Source: the human T2T-CHM13v2.0 reference genome, Homo sapiens. From it: 64,000 nucleotides of DNA. The DNA is taken from NCBI RefSeq assembly GCF_009914755.1, contig NC_060932.1, one strand, 5' to 3'. This document shows, in pieces, positions 57,069 to 64,000 of this stretch. A program made the translations under genes and the position numbers. Each line of letters begins with the position of its first letter. The stretch's first letter is position 1. The notes beneath the pieces were generated by a model that worked only from the letters and a program-made list of their open reading frames with translations, did no database searches and was not told the origin of the DNA.

Positions 57069-60000
57069 GTAAGTGTCTGAAGGACAAGCAGGACCTGCAC
57101 AGGTGTTCCGTGGGTGCCGGTGTGGGTGCGCTGCCGACGTGTATATGTGCCTGTGTGTCCTGTCTCCAAGCTTTGCTGGGCCTGCATGAATGTGTGTGAC
57201 AGCATCTCTTAGCCATTGAGCCTTGGTGGCTGCTTCACCAACTCCCCTCAATCTTCCTTCCCCCGTGCCCTGAAGTGGCTTTTTGCTGTTTCCACCTCCC
57301 TGTCATTCTGAAGCTGGACAGAGCCCTTGTCCTCAGCTCTCTCTGCTCTACCCCCAGCCAGCTAGTATGGCACATGAATAATAATAATGTGGACCCCTCA
57401 CTGACTGCTAGCTGCATGCTGGGCACTGTGCTAAGCACACATGCTGTTGCATTCAGGGGACAGATGAGGAAAAACTGTAGCTCAGATTAAGTAAAGAGCC
57501 TAAGGTCACCAGCTAGTGAGTGGTGGGTTCAAACTCTGCTGGCTGTGATTCCAAAGTCAGTCCTGGGAGAAGAGGATGCTCCTGAGAAACGCTTTGCCCT
57601 GCTTTCTGACCCCGGTGATCTCACAGCACATGGTGAGGCTGGCAGTGATGTGTCCTGGGTACATATTTCCTTGCAGCTGGTCCCAAATCTTGTCTCAATT
57701 AAAAAAAAAAAAAATTGCTCCCAGACCTCCTTCTCTCCTTTACTGAAGAATGCTGGTGTGTTTGTTGCCCTGAAATCCTGTTTCGAAGTGGACCAAGATA
57801 AAGAATCGAAATATGGTCATTTTGAGAGAAGGAATCAGAAATGAAAGAAAAGGACCACCATTTATCTTCCCCAGCCTGCTGGTCTTTCTGGTTATAGGGC
57901 CAAGTTCCCTGACCACTGGTATAATTGTAGGCACAACCTAATTTATCCACTTTTTATATCATCTATTCATCTAGGCAGATGAGCTGGCTGCACAGCTGGG
58001 CGTGCCTCTCTATGCTGCCTGTGAGAAAATATTTCCAGTTTGGGACAGATCCTTGGATCTTAGCAAATGGGTTATCCATGTTATAGCTTTCGGTGGCTCC
58101 CTGCCCAGCTGCCTCCCAGACTGCTGCTGCAGCCAGCTCAGGGAGGGATCGGGCACAGGGGGTGCAGAAAGAGGGTGGGTGTGTTGAACTGCATCGACAT
58201 TGACAGCATGCCAAAGCCAGATGTAAGGGGTTTGTTGGTTTGTTTAATTCTCCATCATTTTAGATTATTCTGAGAATAAGAGGAGTCATTCTTCTGTCCA
58301 CCTCGTTCCTGTAATAATCAAGAACTGACTACAAGATGGTTGTAGGACCCTACGAAATTCTCATGAGCCCTTCTAAACAAATGCAGCTCCATCTCCTTTG
58401 AATCAGGTGCCCCTTCCTCTCCCCTGCCCAGGTCCACATCTGGATTTTGACCTGACCACTTTTAAGTGTTGCCCATTTTCTCATTTAAAGTGGGTTTCTA
58501 ACCAATGGCACAGTGGAACCATCTACATGAGTAAATGTCCAACAATGCAATGAATAGTGAATTTTGTTATTTATATGTGGTTGTATCTAGATGAGAACTT
58601 GTGAGATAGTCAGATAAGTGAGAATTGTCCTCAGGAACCGTATAGGAGAGATGCATTTCACCCACCAGCTGATACATATGCATTGAGCTATTCCCCTAAT
58701 TGAAGACTTTCTGCCTGTCCCAGAATGATTCATTCTGACTGTCCTGTCCTGTAATAATGGGCTAGGTTTTCAGCGTGGCCACAGCTAACTGGGGGTTGGG
58801 ATGTGTGTTCCCCAGCTCTACTCTCAATGACAAAGGGCCAGACGACATGACTGCACCTATTTGGTAAAGCCTTTTGGGGGGCAGTCAGGCCTGGCTCAGC
58901 AGATAAGAGTGTCCTTGGCTCTTTATAGAGGCAGCCTCCACTTAGAGCTTTGATAGCAAGTGGTCTTAAGAATGTGTCACTCACCTTCTGGAAAGTTCTC
59001 TGAAGTGTGGAGGGGTTCCAGGGGCCCTGGGATGAGATGGGCACTGCTGTGCCCCTACCTCTTCAGGCACCTTGGGTTCTCTGGCCTCTGGAGCGATGTC
59101 CCCTCCCTTCCTCCAGCCCCCTGACCGCAAGCTCTGCTTTCCCAGATTTTCCCCAGAGGCCTTTTTGCCTCGGGCAGTTAGATGCACAGACTCAGGGTGT
59201 GGGGGGTCGGGGAGGGGATGGGGCGATCTCTTTTACCAGCTGCAGCTGAGCAGACTCCTTCCCTCTCTAGACGTTTCCCTGAGATTGACCTTGTGCAAGG
59301 GCATCCCAGCACCAAGAAAGACTCTATAGGCCTGATGTGCATGGACCACACTGCCCACTGGCCTGCAAGCTGCTGGAGGTTGGAGGTCAGAGGCCAACAT
59401 GAAATGACTGGGAGCGTGAATGGACAGAGGCCACCTGTCTTTTTGCCCCACGGCCCCTGGCACAGGGTCCGCTCCCCGCTTGATAACCTTCAGTGGCTCT
59501 CCACTGTCTCCCAGAATAAATTTCCATTGCACTCCTTGATTTGGCAGAGTGCAGAACCCCCTCTTCCACTTCTTTAGCCTCACCCCAGGCCCTCCCTGAA
59601 GCCGCCTCCTGTTCTTTAGCCAAAGTGGCAAGTCCCCCATTCTCTGAACAGGCCTGGTGCCTTCCAGCCCATCCCAATGTCACCCCCATGGGTAACCTCC
59701 TCTCCCACCTGATAGGCTCTCCTCTCCTCCTCCCACCCCAGGCTCTGCTGGGGCCTCTCTGCAGAGCTCTCCTGCCCAGCCTCACCCTGGGGCTCTCTGT
59801 GCACATGTCTGAGAAACAGTGTGGCAGAGCAGAAAGAGTACTGAACTGGAAGCCCAAAGACTGGGTTTAAATCGTGTCGCTTCTACCCTAGGCAAGGGAA
59901 TTGGCCCTCTTGGGGTCTGACTGCTCATCTCTAAACTGAGAATGGTCGTTGCTGCCTTTCAAGGCCACTGTGTGGTTCAGGGAGACTGCTGTTGCAGTGC

Positions 60001-60402
60001 TATGTGAACTTGTGGACTGCCGTGACCCCTAAGGAATTCCTCTTCCTCTCTCCCCTCCCAGCATCAGAACCCCCTGCACTGAGGAGACTCAGAAGGTATT
60101 GCTGCCTGGAAACCCATCTGCCAGGGCCAGGCCTGCTCTCCTTGGAGGGGCCCCAGAGACACACAACTCTGGAAGTGGGCTGGACTCAGGAGTCCAAGGG
60201 CTGTCCTATGAGGGACCCTCCCTTCTGCAAGCGGAGGACACCAACGGGGATCAGAGCCGTCAGCCTAGGGCACTGGGGGATCTCTGCTGGTGATACTCCC
60301 AGTCCAACTACCACAGGCAGATCTGCGAGGGCCTGTTAGGCTGCCTGAGGCCCTGAGCTTGGCCTTCCAGGGCTGAGGCAGGCCTAGGCGAGGCTAGGGG
60401 AG

Positions 60403-60797
60403 TGTCTTAGTCTACTCGGGCTCCCATCACAAAATACCATAGACTGAATGTTGTTTCTTAACCACAGAAATTTCTTTCTCACAGTTCTGGAGGCTGGAAG
60501 TCCAGGATCCAGGTGCTGGCATGGCTGGGTTCTGGTGAGGGCCCTCTTCTTGGTTTGCAGACAGCCAGCACCCAGCTGTGTCCTCATATTGCATGGGTTG
60601 TAGGGGGTGAGAGAGCAAAAGAGTGCAGGCAAGTTCTCTGGTGTCTCTTCTTATAAGAACACTAATCCTATCAGGTCAGGATCCTGCCCTCACAACCCCA
60701 TCTAAACCTAATTACCTCCCAAAGACTCCACCTCTGAATACCCTCACATCAGGGTTAGGGATTCAGATGTAAATTTTGGGGGAAACAGTCTGTAGCA
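60403..60797 (-). mobile_element. MLT1A-family solo LTR (MaLR)
   Basis: tgtcttagtc...tctgtagca; perfect 5-bp TSD gggag; cacagttctggaggctggaagtcc motif. Confidence 0.88.
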
Positions 60798-61806
60798 GGG
60801 AGTAGGGGGAGGGGACCACCCTCACTCTCATGTATTCACATTACAGGCTTGATGCAACAGAAGGAAACTAGAGATTTTCCCTTATTTTGTGGGAAACGGA
60901 CACATGGAGGAAAGTGATGCCTCCAAGCTGGCCCTGGTCGGGGAGTCAGTGGCAGAGCCAGGACCAGAGCCGAGTCCCCTGATTTTAGGATCTTTTGCCC
61001 AGTGTGAGATGCCCTGGAAAAGCACATCTCAGTTCAGCTGCTTCTTGGTTTGTCTGAGAAAAAGCCTATATTAAGTTAGCAAAGGATTGGCTGCTGCTAG
61101 TTTTATTACGAGAAAAGCCAGGAAGCAGTGTAATTCTATCTGTCGGCTTCTGGTTACTGTCTTGGCAGATGGCCACTGTGGCTTTCTCTCTCTGGGGTTG
61201 GGGTTGGTTTTAACAACGTCTTATGTGGAGCCCCAGACGCAGGATTGCTGTCTGTCATCACGGCAGAGGTGCAAGTCCACAGAACACGTTGCCCCACTGT
61301 TGCTGCGCCACAGACTTACGTGACTCACCTGTGTCAGCGTGCAGGGCTGCTAGACAGGGACCCTAAAGACCCGTGCTACATCCTAAAACTTCTAATCATC
61401 CTGAGCACACGCTGCAGAATCCATTCACGATGAGGGTTTAATTAAACACATAGGCCTGGGTCCTTATGTGTAAAAGGAGGAGAATCCTTCTTTGAGAGGA
61501 AAAATGTTTTCTTTCTCCCTCTTGAGATTTCTTACATCCTCCCACCTATTTCACTTAAGTGATGGCTCCTAATGGAGTCTGTCTTTACTCTCCTCTCTGG
61601 GTTTGAATCTAGGTACTTCCTTAAGCGCTTGGTTCCTTTACCCTCGTTCTCTACAAATATTTACTGTGTACCTGCATTGTGCGGGGTGCTGGGGATCTCT
61701 GGGGTTGATGCAGATTCGGTTTGTGCCCTGACAGTGTTTAAAGCTTCTCGGGGAAGAAGGATAGCAGAGACAGCGTCCATTCCTTATGGTGAGAGTGGTG
61801 ATGTGA

Positions 61807-61930
61807 GAAGGATGGAGCCGTGGGAGCACCCCCTAGTCTAGAGAAAGAGAAGTTTAATCCAACACCCAGAGGAGGGGGCTGTGGGAGCCTCCCCTAGTCT
61901 AGAGAAAGATGTTTAATCCGACACCCAGAG
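61807..61930. repeat. ~60-bp tandem duplication
   Basis: gtgggagc..cccctagtctagagaaaga..gtttaatcc.acacccagag occurs twice head-to-tail. Confidence 0.9.
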
Positions 61931-63254
61931 AGTGAGTACAGTGAGCCAGCCAGAGATGGAGGGGAAATGCTTCACTAGGGGCCAGAGAGCGAACTGCAGG
62001 AAGTTCTGTGCTCTGAGTACGGGGTACTGAATGCAAGAGGGAGGCGGTGGGTGAGAAACGAGCCTGGGGACGCCGGCGGGACACATCACCCACCTACAGC
62101 CTTCAGAGACTTCCTGGCTGGCCTCTCTTGAGAAAATGATTTTTGTCTAGTTTGTCTTCTGAGAATCTGCCAGGCTGCCTCAGCACACTCCCTTAAGCTA
62201 GGATGATCTGTGGATGTGCAGCTGGACCAGGGACACGGAGGTCTATTTGAATATAGTCCCATCTCTGCCCCCAGGACAGCTAAGACCAGTCACCTCTGAA
62301 GGTTCAGGGACATTGGGAAAGTCACTTCCCCTCTGACCATCAGTTTTCTCATCTTTAATGAAGGGGTTGGACTAGTTCATATCCAATGAGTTGAACTTCC
62401 AGCACCCAAACAAGGATATTGCCTGGCTCAGATAAGTGCTCCGTAAACACTTGCTGAATGAATGGACTTACTGTGGTGCCCACCATAGTCTCCCAGGCTG
62501 AAGACACCCAGTGGTACTGAGTCAGGGGTGGTGGCTCTGTTTGCCTGTTAGGGGACCACTGAAGCATTTTCCTATAGGGGAGTATCTTTGCCCTGGGTAG
62601 AAACTGACTCCAAGTTGGTTTCCAGACTTGGTGGATAGAAAGCTAGCGCCTATGGTCAGGAGGTTAACTATCATCCACCTTTGGCATTCTCTAATTTCCC
62701 ATCCACGGTTCTTTGAATTTATAAGTGGCCCAGAACATCCCTGAAGGGCAGAAACTGGACATTTTGCTGAACAAATGTGAGTCGTGCATTTTGCAAGGTG
62801 GGTGTGTGGGAGAGAGTGGGAAGCCTAGCTGGCCACAAACATCCACACATCCCATGGGGTTCTTATTTAAAACATCTGCACAAAACCCCTGTGAGGTGGA
62901 TCTAATTACCCTCAATTTTCAGAATAGCAAACTGAGGAAATGTTTCCTTTTGTTCAACAGGTCTTTCCTAGGGATCTGTTAGGTGCCAGGCATTATGGCC
63001 ACTGCCAACATCTCACCTCTGATGATTCGTTGAAATCATCTATGGGGCTAGGAAAAAGTCTAAAGGCCCAGGCAGCATCCCAGAAACCCTGAATCAGAAA
63101 CAGAAACAGAGACTGTCTTACATTGTTGGTGAGAGTAGAGATTGAAATAATCTCTTTGGAGGATGACTTGGAAATATTTATCTGCCTTTAAGTATTCATA
63201 CCCTTTACCTAGGCAATTCTGCTTCTGGATGTGTAACTTTCAGGTATGCCTTCA

Positions 63255-63592
<338 letters not shown>

Positions 63593-64000
63593 GAGCCTTA
63601 GCTGAAGCTAGGAGGACAGGACTGGGCACAAGGGAAGCTCCAGGAAGGAAGGGCTTAGGGGTCTGTCTGGATTATGGCTTGACAAGGTTGACGTGAAAGA
63701 GCTATAGCTATTTTATTACCATGGAAAATGGAGTAGTAGTAGTATTATAAATTCACGGTAGGGGGAAAAAAAAACACCTCACCTCCATGGCCATCCAGTT
63801 GTCTATATCATGGATCACTCAACTCTACTTTCCACTCTTACACCATGTGAGGAACTATCCCAAACCATCAGGAAATGTTCTGCATTAATAGTGAGTCTAG
63901 AATTTGCTGAGAAAAGCAAGTCATGCTCAGGGCAAACAGGAGGGTCCAACTCGGCTTTGAGCCTCCTCTGCAGCTGTAATTGCAGTTATCAAACTTTTCC

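Overview
Human-like (primate) genomic DNA lying entirely inside MATN2 (matrilin-2, + strand; recognised from the translated protein, chr8q22 from memory). There are six 123-bp, phase-1/phase-1 GT-AG exons, each encoding one 41-aa EGF-like module (EGF2-EGF7, roughly exons 5-10): 10875-10997, 28346-28468, 43946-44068, 53129-53251, 56572-56694 and 56946-57068. The rest is intron, dense in transposable elements: about 40 Alu copies or fragments (several nested), a full-length MSTB MaLR provirus, ERV1/ERVL/MaLR solo LTRs with TSDs, L1/L2/MIR remnants, hAT MITEs, a 31-bp minisatellite, a 265-nt pure-purine tract and a 5' fragment of U6 snRNA. The supplied ORFs are spurious apart from the parts overlapping exons. 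I found no bacterial-type system and cannot claim a new one. The best leads are five short locally templated insertions (repair/template-switch scars), an EGF6 acceptor with no proximal pyrimidine tract but a 111-nt AG-free zone plus RBFOX motifs, stop-free circularisable exons flanked by inverted Alus, and a Ser at the POGLUT2/3 O-glucosylation position in all six EGFs. Repeat subfamily names come from memory of consensus sequences, and repeat boundaries are approximate unless a TSD is quoted.
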